Assembly: GCA_030141605.1 (NCBI GenBank)
Contig: JAQGDQ010000065.1
Span: 680,416-744,415 of the forward strand
Direction of reading: 5' to 3'
Source of the DNA: Tubiluchus corallicola
Taxonomy: Eukaryota > Animalia > Priapulida
DNA: 64,000 nt
The notes beneath the pieces are model-generated. The model worked only from the letters and a program-made list of their open reading frames with translations, was not told the DNA's origin and searched no databases. Shown piece after piece: positions 37,802 to 50,287 of this stretch. Numbering within the stretch: the stretch's first letter is position 1; each line of letters begins with the position of its first letter. A program made the position numbers and the translations under genes.

Positions 37802-39532
37802 CTCAGTGTTTCTCTCTTTAACTACAGCTGCTACATTTACAGCATCACTTTGTGGATGATCACAAAAGTCTGTTTTTTCCTCATTATCTAGACTCAGAAA
37901 AATGCTTGTCTTATTCTCACCACCGCTTTCTGGTCCACAAAAGGAATTGAAATCTGGTGAAACTGTTTCTTTTACTAAATCATTTATGGATACTTCAGGT
38001 TCACATATTCTTAGTTGCCATAGCCCACAGGCATCTGTACTGCAAGACGCAATATCTTTATCAAGAAATAATCCTCTAGCCTGTCCATCCCTGATGTGCA
38101 TTTGTGCATGTGCAGTAATTGAACTACGATAAGGAAATGTCGCATTGCAACCGTCAATCAAACAAATGTATGGTCTCTCACCAGTGTGGCGTCTCTGGTG
38201 TTCCTTTAATTTACTTGGTGTTGGAAAGCCTTTTCCACAGAGCTTGCACACATGTCTGTTAGGGTTATACTTTAGCCCTTCATAATCAGCATTTGTTGGT
38301 TTTGCCATATCTTGCGTATCAGCTGAGATTAGCTGAATTTCTCCCCTCTTTCTATGGGTATTCATATGGGATGCAATTGAACTTCGGTAAGGAAAGCTGG
38401 AACCACATATTCCACATTCATAAGGTTTCTCCCCTGTATGACTTCTCATATGTTCCCTAAGTTTTGAAGGACTTGGTGAAGTTTTTCCACACTCAAAGCA
38501 TGTGTAACGGGATGCATAATGTGGACGTCCATTATCGTTCATGCATGTTCGCATAAAAATATTTCTTTCTTTACCGACATCCATATCACAAATGGCATAT
38601 TCCTCTATATTTACATTACCATCAAATACATTTATGATATTCTGATCTGTTTTTGCAACTCTAATTTTCATATCACTGTCTTTCTCATGCATTTTATAGT
38701 GTGATCTAAGAGATGATGTGTATGGAAACCTCGCATGGCATATAGTGCACTCATGTGGCCTTTCCCCGGTGTGAGTTCGCCTATGTTCAATAAGTCGACT
38801 CGGGCTACGGCAATGGACGCCACAGTAATCACATACGTGTAGTGGTGTTGAGCCTTTCGACAACTTTGGATGAGTTAAATTTGCAAAGCTTGACTCTGTA
38901 TCTTCCGAAATATATTCCAACAATAAATTACCTTTATGAACAGGTTTCTTTGATTTTCGCTTAGTAGCAACAAACTGTTTTTCCTTTAGTGTTGAGTCTT
39001 TTGTCAATAATGTATTTGTGTGCATCACACCTGAATCTTCTAGTTCTAAGAGGGTTACGTCAAAAGATTCGAAATCTGCTTCATAACTGCTACCATCTTT
39101 AAAGTTGCAATCATGTGCTTCATTTACACTAATTTGGCACTGACACAACTGACAAATTACTTTGAACTCGTAAGTTTTTTCTGCAAGTTTTGAAACAATA
39201 TTCTCAATTAAATTACCTTGAGGTTTTTCTTCCTCATTTTCATTTTCAGGTACCTCATTTCTGTCACATTCTGGAATGTCTGAAACAGTATTCTCGTCCA
39301 AGTAAGTGGCACTTGAATTTTCTCTACAAAAATCAGTTAATGTATCGTCACACATTTTTATTCCATTAGCATGTTGGTGTGTTACATTCTGACTGTCACT
39401 GGAGTCATCCTCCAGATTACATATCACTGAAGAAGGCTCAAGTTCTTTCCCATTACTAAAATGCCCTTCAGTGCTGGTGCAGTTAGCACAGGAAGTGACA
39501 ACAATATTTGCAATATCTTTTGGCAAATTCAT
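37802..39532 (-). CDS. C2H2 zinc-finger protein, large upstream coding exon (acidic N-terminus plus 3 finger pairs)
   Basis: Open for ~1.8 kb; first in-frame ATG at 39532 (the track's 39571 start is TTG after a TGA); acceptor ttttcacag| at 39708; donor ACTGAG|gtcagt at 37802, phase 0, compatible with the 27460 acceptor; 6 fingers. Intervening exons cannot be excluded. Confidence 0.85.
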
Positions 39533-40957
39533 AGCATTTACCAAATAATCTGACTTGTGGTTCTCTTCCAATCACTTGTTCTACTTATCATCAGATACAC
39601 TTGTCATTCATCACTTCATTACCTGTTACTAAGACAGATATCACTGTTTCAGAAATCTTCAGAATTTGGCAAGGTAAATCTTGTTTGGTAGTTACAATGA
39701 CCTGATACCTGTGAAAACAAGAATTATACTTTGAAAACATAATAGAAAAAATAACAGAGTAAAAAAGAAAAGAAAAATAGAACTTATATCTTGTTTTAAT
39801 CATATGTAAAATAAGAAACATTAAAAATTTAATTTGTATAACACTGTTATAGTTTCTCTGCTTAAGATTAGTATTACCGGTGGTGGGAAATCGTTTTTCC
39901 TGAAAACTGATTAACCGGACTACTTGCCGTTTCAAGCACTGATTTTCAAAATTGATTTTTCAAGGTGGCTGTGGCTGCGTGTTTTAGCTTAGTTCGACCG
40001 TCGAACGTGTAAAGTATTGCAAAAGTATCATGAAACAATCAGCTCAGCAATTTTAGTTTAATCATCATACAATATTTTCAGAAAGCTTATCTATATAGTG
40101 TCACTATCATGATCACATATTATTTCAGAATTTTACTTTTAACAACCTGAGTTAAAAATTTTGAACTTCATTTATTTAATTTAAACATTGCTGCTACCTA
40201 CAATTTTCTTTTACAGTTTCTGACGATACCACAAGTATGGTGAAACATTGTCAAAGATTTCGAATAAATGAATTTTCAACATTAATTCTAGTTTTTATTA
40301 ATGACTTAAGAAAAAAAGCACAAATGGGAATGTATAATAATTTATGGTTCATAAATATGTAGGCCACATTTCAACTTTGTCCCAAACAACGCTAGCACAA
40401 AAACTAGGAGGTGCAAAAGTGTAAGATCAGAATGTTGTGCAGTTCAAGAGAGAGACAAGCCAGCATTGCACAGAATACAATGTCCAATTACCAAAATGCC
40501 ATAATTTTATAATAATCATCTGCTGAAGGCGGCCCCACCATAAATTATTAGACCTTCCTGTAGTGCTTATTTATTTTAAGGGCATTTAAGACAGGTATTT
40601 CTTTACATTAATTTGATAATTAGAAGGAAAGATGAGCCTAGACTATATACCAGTGCAATGCAATACTGAAACTAGGGTTGTGCTGGATTAAGTTTTGGAT
40701 CCTGAGAACCGGTAATTTCAATGGATCAGGATCTGGCAGAAGTGTTCGTCAGACTTTGCACTGTTTGTGTTTCTATTTTTTTTTACGTAATGTAAGACTA
40801 CCGATCACTGTGAATACACACAACAGTTTAATAAGCCTTTTCACAGTTCTAGCGATTGATGATGATCGTGAGGTCAAAGGTTAAGTGTACCAGACAACGC
40901 ATTTTTCTATACTTGATAACGCCTCGCAGCCCATACAGCTAGTTAGAACCTTACCTG

Positions 40958-41550
40958 TAGGGATGTCACCGAAACTAAATTTACAAACCGATACCGAAAT
41001 GAAACCAAGCCGAAACATTTTTGCAAAACCAACTACTATTAAAACTGAAAAAAAGAAAATTGAAAAATGAGTAAAATATTTTGTTTTTTGTTTGTTAGCT
41101 TTCATTTGCTGTGATGTAAAATTACTGATAAAAGATTCTAATACAAAGAGGATTAGGAAGTTTTATAGCATAGAATGTCACGTCTGATGGAGTGGCTTAC
41201 CTTAGAAATGAGTTATAATGTTTTTGGATTTAAGTATCCTTAATGACTAATGTTTGAAAATAAAAATGCTTTTAACATTAAAAATAAACAAATTTTATTT
41301 TGTAGAATTTGTTGTCTATATTTTTTAAATTATAAAATCAAACATGATGTAACTGTTATGTAAACGAAATTTTCACTTTATTTGAACTAATTTAGTGGAT
41401 TTTGACATCTAAGAAAAGGTAAAAAATGCTACCGAAAATTATTCGAAATTTCGGCTATGAAATTTACTAAATTTCGCTAAAACCGAAACTTAACCGAAAG
41501 TGCAATTATCGGCACCCCAAAACAAAAATTTCATTTCATTAACAACCCTG
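40958..41550. mobile_element. hAT-type MITE
   Basis: TAGGGATGTCACCGAAACTAAA / reverse complement CAGGGTTGTTAATGAAATGAAA; accgaaa subterminal repeats; 8-bp TSD cttacctg/cttaccta. Confidence 0.78.
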
Positions 41551-41799
41551 CTTACCTAGTTCATTTTTCTTGTTCCCAAGCAAGACCCTGCTATTAAATT
41601 ACTTTATGCACAGGTAAATGAATAATTAAGTAAAGTCCAAATAACATAACTGAAGTTACTGAACTGATCTAGCAGACGGCTTTGCTTTACCCACATGTCA
41701 TGCGACAATTGTAGTTAAGACACATTGCTGTGGTACACTTAACCTTTGATCTACGGAAACAGCAAGTGTGCACAACAAAATTGTGAAAAGGCTTATTAC

Positions 41800-41954
41800 C
41801 TGAACTGTCTTAATTTTTTTTAAGGAAGTTGAAGGATTTCTATTAAACTCTTCAGAAATCTATGAAAGATTGCTTTGTTTTTATGCTGCCATACTTGTAA
41901 TGCAACTTTCACGCTGGAATTCCTTGCTGCAAATAGAGTGCAAAGATAGCGCTA
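41800..41954 (-). other. Candidate 5'-UTR exon of the ZNF gene
   Basis: ttttttgcag| acceptor and CAG|gtaata donor on the ZNF strand; no long ORF; splice signals only. Confidence 0.3.
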
Positions 41955-42106
41955 CTGCAAAAAATAAGTGCTGAAAGTTTAGAGCCATCTACTTCCATTA
42001 AAAGTAATTTGGCAGTTTTTTTATTTTAAACTCAACAAATAGAGATTGTGCTATATGTGGTATATGTGGCACTTTAAACTCAATAAATTGAGATTGTGCT
42101 ATATGT

Positions 42107-44275
42107 GGCACTTTATTAGAATTCAGGTCCCGCTCGATTTTCACCGATTTTGATATGATTGCTTAGCGGAATCTGACGATCTGCACTGGACATACAGTAT
42201 GATTGATCAGCCCCTGAGTTTCACTTATGGCAGAATAAGTTTATGAAATCGCATATATTAATTTTGCTGGTATATATATATATATATATAAGATTCGAGG
42301 CTACAGCTCTGACGACGGCACCATTAGCGGCGATCTATACATCAAACGAAAGGTCTCGATCTAGTGTCATGCCATTGGGGGTTTATTTTTCGAATCGGGC
42401 CCACCGGGACGAATGGGGGGTGGGGGGGGGGGTGGTTGTGCGGGCGAAAAACCTCCAAAAATGGTCATTTTTCGGCCGTTTTTTGCAAAAGTTATACGGC
42501 TGAGATCTGAAGAACGGGAATGGGCCATGGGTGGTGCTGGCTATGGATAGATAGCCCGTTCAGCGGTGGGTGTAGTAGGCACATTTAGAATTCGCGAGGG
42601 GGCCACGGCATCCCGTAACAGGCGTTTTCCCGGACCCAACTCCGGCTTTTTTCGAAATTTTGGCCAAACAGCCTGCAGAAAAAACGTTCTGGCGGCGCCT
42701 GATGGGACTCTCGGAAGGAGATATATAGCTCTTTAGAAAGAGGAAGAACAGGGCTATATGATGATGTGGGCTGTATGTTAGGACACGTCCACTGAGAGGA
42801 GTACCGACAAGTTAATTAGATGTTCTATTTTTGTCAATTTTCGCTTAGAAAACTGCTGACGCAAAGCCATTGTTGTGACGTCATCTATTATACTCTGTCT
42901 ATAAGCTTACAACTTTAATTCAGTAAAAGCTGCTGCTGCTGGCTTTGCGTTATAAATGAGGACTAGGTAGGATGTTCGCGTATTTTTGATTATACGTGTA
43001 TTTATACGCAAATTTTTTTGCGGAGCCTTTGCTAGTATTACTATTAATAGAATATAAAAGTCCATTAGGTTTACCATTAATTGTTTTTATAAAAAACAAA
43101 AAATTGACATTTGATCCAATTTTCGTATAGTTTAATCTGAATAAATAATTAAATCACTACAAGCAGTGTTAAGCATTTTTGTTTTGGGGAAGTGTGTTTA
43201 TGCTGAAATAGCTAAGTAATTTTTCATAGTAACAATTAATATTATTCAGCATTATTATTAATAACTAAGTGCACCAGAGTTAGAATTCAATTTCCACAGC
43301 CGTCATGTTAATAAATGTTTACATATCTTTGAACTCTTCATACATAATTTTTAATGTTATGCTCCCAGATGATTTTTTTGAATCTCGTGCATTGTCTGAC
43401 ACAGCAGGCTGTTTACATTAAACTTTAGTGGAGGGGTGGACTGAACATATGCATAACAAGTAAATTTAACGTTGACGGAGGCGACGGAAAAAACATTAAA
43501 CATTAAAATGCAATTTTTCCTGTTAAATTTTAGTCAAGGGTGGGCTGGATGCAAATTAAAATAATTATATAGCAAGTTAATTTAGGTTAACAAAGATAAC
43601 AGGAAAATGTGTAAGCTTTAGAGTGGATGCTATAATATTTTTATTTTGCTGCTCAGTCCAGTGATAAAAACACTTAACTGCTTGTTGAAACAAACAGTGC
43701 AATGCATTGATATCATGCATTGCAATGCAGTGTATCCATCCACCACACTCCAATCACATCTCGACGAGTTTATGTGGCGGCAGCACCACAAACGAGAAGC
43801 AATAGATGTATCTTACTTCATATGGCAGAGTGGTATCCAGGAGAATAAACGGATCAACTTGCATTTTAACAAACAAGCCCTTTTCAGGGTTAGGTCCTAA
43901 TAGGGCCAACAAATATTTCCAAAAGAAAATTCCGATTTGCTGTAACATAATAATATAAAAACCACTGAAACGTCATTTAAGCCAACAATTTATTTGTTCA
44001 GTGAAATGAACTAACATTCGACCGAGTAAAGTCATTTTCAGCATTTTTACTGTTTTAGCATTATCTCAATTTGTTAAATAAATAATAATGTGTATTTTCA
44101 CGGAATTCTATACACAAAGTCACAAACGTACTGGGCATAGATACGCTGACTGCCCGCTGACGGTCCACGAGCAATCGTGAGAGCAGCGCAGATCGTCATA
44201 TTGCACTAAGCAATCATATCGACTAGGTTATTGCTGGGCGAAAATCGACTGGTACCTGGATTCTAATAGAGTACC
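42107..44275 (+). mobile_element. Merlin (IS1595-related) DNA transposon relic
   Basis: ~80-bp TIRs GGCACTTTATTAGAATTCAGGTCCC... / reverse complement GGTACTCTATTAGAATCCAGGTACC...; 8-bp TSD ctatatgt/atatatgt; transposase remnant TLQSHLDEFMWR at ~43745-43780. Confidence 0.85.
42271..43035 (+). mobile_element. Non-autonomous Helitron-like element nested in Merlin
   Basis: Starts (TA)n-AGATTCGAGGCTACAGCTC; ends with hairpin CGCAAA-tttt-TTTGCG then CTAG|T (43032-43036); 5' ~70 bp shared with 58110-58210 (minus). Confidence 0.6.
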
Positions 44276-45019
44276 ATATATGTAATAAGGATCAAGTGTT
44301 CTAAACAACTCTCAGCAGTGCACTTCAGCCAGGTCTTCTCTGGAAGCATACTTCAGAAAACACTAGAACTCATTAAAATGGATTCTAGTCGCACATTAAT
44401 ATGCATTATGCCACTGTTTTGCTGCATTTTCCAACCATGATACTCACATATTTATGTGCTAATACTGAATAGTGATGTTCAACATTATGAAGATGAAACT
44501 TAAAACTAAAAGTAAAAAAAAACTGTATTTTTAATTTAAGTACGAAAAAATTGTAATTGTAAATGGAGACACATTGCTGGATGTGCCCACACTGGGTTTT
44601 TCTCACTTTTTTCCACTCTCATTTTCCAACACTTTTCTAAATTGAGACTAATGAGTGCACTAAATGTTATTATTAGGCTAACATACATCAATAATACAGG
44701 GAGGTAAAGAGTTTAATGTTATGATACATACAGTTAAGCGCCCAGTCACCAAAAATATTCGTATTTCTCATTATGCATATGCAATATACTTTATCTGCCA
44801 CAAAAATTGGATTACAAGAAAATGACTACAGCGTTAAAATATTTTAGTCTTACGTTCCAGAGCAAAATTACAAATTAATAATGTATAAAACTAAAATCAA
44901 TAATTCTGTAAACGCATTCACATGCCTAGGTGCTGTTTTTCAGTATAATGCACTTTAATAGCAGAATTCAGATTGTAGAATTTCTTTATAATCTTCATCA
45001 CTACGCCATATTTACCAAC

Positions 45020-45336
45020 AATGCGCGGTTTCACTCTATCCGAGACGCACTACACATTAGTAGTAGTTCAGTTCGGTTCGGTTTTAAAGGAGATTTTACA
45101 GGACATCACGCCTAAGCTCAGACCGCAGTACGTGTACCGACAGCACAGTAGCCAGTATCCGCCCCGCAGAACTGGGTGACGTGACATAACCTTTTGCTAA
45201 GGACGAACCCGGACGGGGGAGGGCAAAAACAAAGAGTAATAATAGTATAGAAAAATTTATTGCATCACAGTCAAAATATTCTTCAATCAGTTGTGAATAA
45301 TCAACAGGTGACCGTGAGACTAGACGACCAGTAAGT
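45020..45336. promoter_or_regulatory. Candidate CpG-richer promoter region upstream of the ZNF gene
   Basis: Local CpG enrichment, GC-box-like CCGCCCCGC (~45159), CRE-like TGACGTGA (~45177), plus-strand GTAAGT donor at 45331. Confidence 0.35.
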
Positions 45337-45435
45337 ATATTAAATACTTTCGTCAAACCATTTTTAAATTCTGTTGTTTAAATTTTGTGAATTTTTGGTA
45401 ACATGCTGCCCAGTGATTTTTGTTATTATTGTTAT

Positions 45436-45832
45436 TAGGGGTGAGCATTCTCTACCAGAAAACGAATTCGTATCGAATCGAATTTGTGACATTCGAATTC
45501 GAATCGAACCAAACTTCTGTATTTCAAATTCGAATCGAATTCGAATTGAGATTGAAAGATTTTCGAACCACCAGTAAAACTTAGTCTTACAAAGATCTGC
45601 ATATTACTCGATTTTTTTTCTACAGTAAAATTACTATTAATTCATTCAAAATTGTGCACAGAAGTCTCAGCTAAATTATACTAATTGCATAATGTTTCAA
45701 TCGTTTTAATAATATAAGAATGTATGTGATTGAAGTGCTGAATTATTCGAATCTATAGTTTTTAGGTTCAAATCGAATCCGAACTAAAAAAACTCGTTTG
45801 AATCGAATTCTAACGTTCGATGCTCACTCCTA
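45436..45832 (+). mobile_element. hAT-type MITE (cgaat-rich), copy A
   Basis: TIRs TAGGGGTGAGCAT / ATGCTCACTCCTA; 8-bp TSD attgttat/attattat. Confidence 0.85.
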
Positions 45833-45951
<119 letters not shown>

Positions 45952-46011
45952 CCCATTTACAATTATTATAAATTTACAATTATAGCCATATGACAAATTT
46001 AACAAAGTTGA

Positions 46012-46447
46012 CAGTGCATTGCGTTCGATTCTAACGAGTTTTTCTAGTTCGAATTCGATCCGGATTTATTAGTTATGACCTATATAACCTAAAACGAATA
46101 TAAGGTAAAATTATATATAAATTCGAATAATTCAGCACATCAGTCACGTTCTTATCATTAAAGTGTTTGAAACAGGATGGGATTATTACAATTTACCTGT
46201 AGTTTCTGTGCAAAATTTTTAACAAAGTAATTGGTTTCACTATTGCACAGAATCAAGTAATATGCATGATCTTTGTAAGACCTCTTTTTACTAGTGGTTC
46301 GAAAACTTGTTCGAAAATCTTTCAAACTCAATTTGAATTCCATTCGGATTCGTATTCGAAATATTGAAATTCGGTTCGACTCGAATTGGAAAATTACAAA
46401 TTTGATTGGATTCGAATTCGTTTTCTGGTAGAGAATGCTCACCCCTA
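46012..46447 (-). mobile_element. hAT-type MITE copy B, inverted relative to copy A
   Basis: Ends ...cgttttctggtagagaatgctcaccccta, the reverse complement of the copy A start; opposite TIR eroded. Confidence 0.82.
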
Positions 46448-46714
46448 ATTCTAATTGCAAGTAGCATAGACGAATAAATTAACTTGTTCGCCGTGCTCAG
46501 CATGGATAGTGTCGTGACGTGCAGCGACCTATTGCTGGATGGAATAATGCACGAGTCTAAAAGTTTTATTTTTGAATGAGTCGCACCATGGTGGCACACT
46601 TCTCAGACAAGTGAATGCTTCGTTTTATTCTTAGTAATCTGGCTTCAGCTCCGAGTCACTACAGTTGAATCCCGGTAATACGAGTCGGCTTTCATTGAAA
46701 CTCACAGTAATACA

Positions 46715-47759
46715 TAAGGTTGCCACCCCGTCGTGAACCGAAGTCCGGAGTCAAGAACTAGATAGGGGGTCTGTAAGCTCCCCCAGTGGGGTCACCGGGA
46801 CGAAGCTCTGGGAACGAAGCATTTCCTGCGTTTAGACGTTTTATGAGGTTCGTTTTCAAAACTTTAGTTCGTTTGAAACTCAAATACAGAAATTCAATCT
46901 ACAAAGTAGTACAAATTCTTGATTTTAGACTCCTAAAAAGTCTTAAAAGTCTAAAACTTATAAGAATGCAAGCAGTGTAAGTCAATTTTTGGTGTTTATT
47001 CCCTGTTGCACTTCTCACGTTTTTTGAAGTTACTGTTATCAGTTTAAAGTAAAATTATAAAGTTGTTTATATAGTGGTAGTACGTGTGTGAGCGATGTGT
47101 GCAGCTGTTTATGAACGTTTGAGTAATGGCAAAGCTATAAAGGAATAAGACTTGGATTAGGAAATAACACTTTTATTAAACAACATCACAATATAGTGTA
47201 AAGTATAGCAATGCCAAAAGCCCCTGATCTACGAGAGACGTCCTGTTCATCAGTGACTAGTCTAACCAAAGCCCTGCGGCGAGTTGGTGTCACGGCATCC
47301 CTGCCAGCTGCGTGCGCAGTCTGACAAATGAGTCAGACCGTCGTCACGTGACACCGCACCTTAAATTTCCTTATTTGGTTTGGCTTCATGAATACTCTTC
47401 TTAGCATAATTATCTGACATTTAACATATTTTAACAGATTCTCTTTACTTTTAACAATCTAATCATTAAGCGCTTTATCATGTTATGTGAATTAAAGGTA
47501 AAGCTGAAGAATACTTGCCTTATAGTATATGCCCCTGCAGCAAAAATTGGCGAAAAATTTAGACAGGGTGAAATGGGGAAGCTATGCAACGGATTAGCAA
47601 AGTTTCAATAGCATGCAAGTTGTCTTTCCGATTTTCCCACTTAAATTTCAGTGTGATGATCGATATGAAGAAATTTCAGTTTTCAAAAATCCGACCGAAC
47701 TACAAATCTATGACTGATTTCAGGAAACTCGGGTCTAATCAGGAGTGGTGGCAACCCTA
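46715..47759. mobile_element. hAT-type non-autonomous element
   Basis: TIRs TAAGGTTGCCACC / GGTGGCAACCCTA; eroded 8-bp TSD gtaataca/gcagtacg (differences are all transitions). Confidence 0.65.
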
Positions 47760-48065
47760 GCAGTACGGTGATGTCCCTGCCAAGGTTATAATAAAATCTA
47801 CGTAATCACTTACGGTCCCGGCAGCATAGTTTCAACGTAAACAAACACTTGTAAGACGATATTCAGTTGGATAATTGACTTCTAACATGTTTGTAATTTA
47901 AGATGCCCGCCCCGTGCAGGCACTCTTCCTGTTGACCGGTGACATTCCCTGTAGTTCATTATTATTTACAGTGCGAACTGTATTCTTACAGTAGGCATTA
48001 TAATCACTTTAGGAAACTAATAACTTGAAATAAAATAGTAAGATTAGTGGTTAATCAGCAAATTT

Positions 48066-48118
48066 TCTCTTCCCCCTCACCCTCTCTCTCCCTCTCCCTT
48101 TCTCTCCCTCCCTCCCTC

Positions 48119-48189
<71 letters not shown>

Positions 48190-48208
48190 GTCTGTCTCTC
48201 TTTCTCTC
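48066..48208. repeat. (CT)n polypyrimidine microsatellite
   Basis: Long CT/CCCT run. Confidence 0.97.
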
Positions 48209-48821
48209 ATTTTAAGGTGCAAGGAATTTTTGGTACTAGGAAAATGCAGTACAGTGAATGTTTGGCACGAGCAAATTTTGGTACCAGGAAAATGTGACAC
48301 TACGAAAGTTTGTTACAAGGAAGCTTTGGTACTAGGAAATTATGGTACAAGGAAAGCTTGGTACTAGGAAAGTTTGGTACTAGAAAATTTGGTACTGAAC
48401 GAAAAAGACAGCATTTCTATATCTCAGTATAAAATAATTATTTCAACTAGAAGATAAAGAAGTTTTTTTAGCAGGGAGGTAATATGGTACTAGGAAAGCT
48501 TGATTGATTAAAACGTTCATAAAATATTATATTGTAATTAATAGTGCATGGCAGCTGAAATTTTATTCCATGCATGAAGGTACACTTTCATGAAAAACGT
48601 GAAAGGTCTCAAACTCTCCGTGTACATTTTCCAAAAAGATCAGTCAATTTGTTTGTTCGGGAAAATGATCACTTTCTCTGCCTTTTTAATAAAAATTATC
48701 AAACTGAGATAAGAACATGGCAGTGATGGCTAACGATATCACTGGACAGAAGTCCTGCAGAAGTATAGTATGGTTTCCGTGAGGGCCACAGTACACAGTA
48801 TGGAGTGAGAATTGTACTTCT

Positions 48822-48867
<46 letters not shown>

Positions 48868-48888
48868 TGATAATGATGATGGTGATGA
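48822..48888. repeat. (TGA)n microsatellite
   Basis: Direct run. Confidence 0.95.
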
Positions 48889-49205
48889 AGAACATATTGG
48901 ACCTTACCTAAGAGCTGTTGTGAACAACATTGTGCTTGTAAGAGACAATTAATAAAATTTCAAAAATGAAGCAGTTATGTAATGTATATAATAGTGTTGC
49001 TGTTTACTGAATTATTGCACTGTTAGAAGCAATAAAAGAATGTGATGAAGATGATATTGAACCTTTCCTAAGAGCTGTTGCTAACAACATTGTGCTTGTA
49101 AGAGACAATTAATGAAATTTCTGAAATCAAGCAGTTATGCAAGGTATATAATAGTTTTGCTGTTTACTGGATTACTGAACTGTTAGAAATTAAGCAACAA
49201 AATAA
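48884..49205. repeat. ~160-bp tandem duplication
   Basis: gatgaaga...cctaagagctgttg...aacaacattgtgcttgtaagagacaattaat...ctgttagaa, twice (48884 and 49044). Confidence 0.88.
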
Positions 49206-50287
49206 TGTTCAATTGCCTTTTTAAGCAAGTAATCTGCCTTCCTGTCCATCCGTATTTTATTAATTACCACAATATCAAAGGCACAGGCAAAATTTATTGC
49301 TTTTTAAACGAGTATTCAGAAAAACAAAAATAAAAATAGTACTGCACTAAGAAGTGCTACTACCATTTGCGCTTTGCAAAGTTTTGCCAAATTTGAAAAG
49401 TGAGAATTATATATTCCCACTAGCCAAGCTCCGTAAAGCATTTTGCATGAAATCGGAACTGTATTTAAATCATAAGAATTATCAAAAGTGCCGCAAATGT
49501 GCCACATAATGTTGTGCCAGCAGTAGTTCTCGCTTTTGCTACAACTATCATAACCATTGTCACTGTCACCATTATCATCAGTGTAATTTTTGCCATAATC
49601 GTCACTGTTATCATCATCGTCATTATTATCATCATCACTAGTGTCATCGTTGTCATCATCAATATTATTGCCATCACTTACTGTAATCACTCATCGTTAT
49701 TTACCGGCAGCAGCTAAAGGTAACAGCGGTGATAATTATTATGTTCACCCACTGCTAACAATATTAACAACTGCAACAACAATAACAACAGCGGTGATGG
49801 TGATGGTGGTGGTGGTGGTTGTCGTGAATTTCTTTTTTCACGGGATTTCAGTTAAATATGTTTTGTAATTAATGTTAACGCCAATTAGGCTACTATATAA
49901 AACAGTAAGACAGCTTTAATTTAACACACACTCAACACCAACTTTTTTTTATTTGCACGCATGTTGTACATGTTCAGTACTAAAGTGACCACATGGCTAA
50001 CCATGTGTGACTTGCGAACTTGATCAAGTTCACAAAACTCAGGGAGGAGGAAGTTAAAGATGTTCAAAAAACAAGGATCTCCATTACATTCACTTAAAAT
50101 ATGTTATGGGCTACCGTTAGATAGCACTGGTATTGACAAACTACAACAATGTATTGTCTTTTCCTTTAAATTTTAAAACATGAGAGATTCGAGATGGAAA
50201 AACTACTTTTATGCTACACATTACTTTAAATATGCAGATCTGTTACTGATGTGACAAAGCTTGACATTAAATCAAATTGAAATTAAA

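Noticed and set aside
37724-39571. Stand-alone 615-aa gene with a hydrophobic C-terminal tail
   Set aside because: The start is TTG, and the tail VSINITCIFLIF... is intron read-through after the GTCAGT donor at 37802
48047-48895. SL/ER-repeat and poly-His ORFs
   Set aside because: Translations of the (CT)n and (TGA)n microsatellites
49316-49868. Asp/Asn-rich and Met/Ile-rich ORFs
   Set aside because: Degenerate (CAT/CAA/GGT)n low-complexity DNA with no splice or domain support
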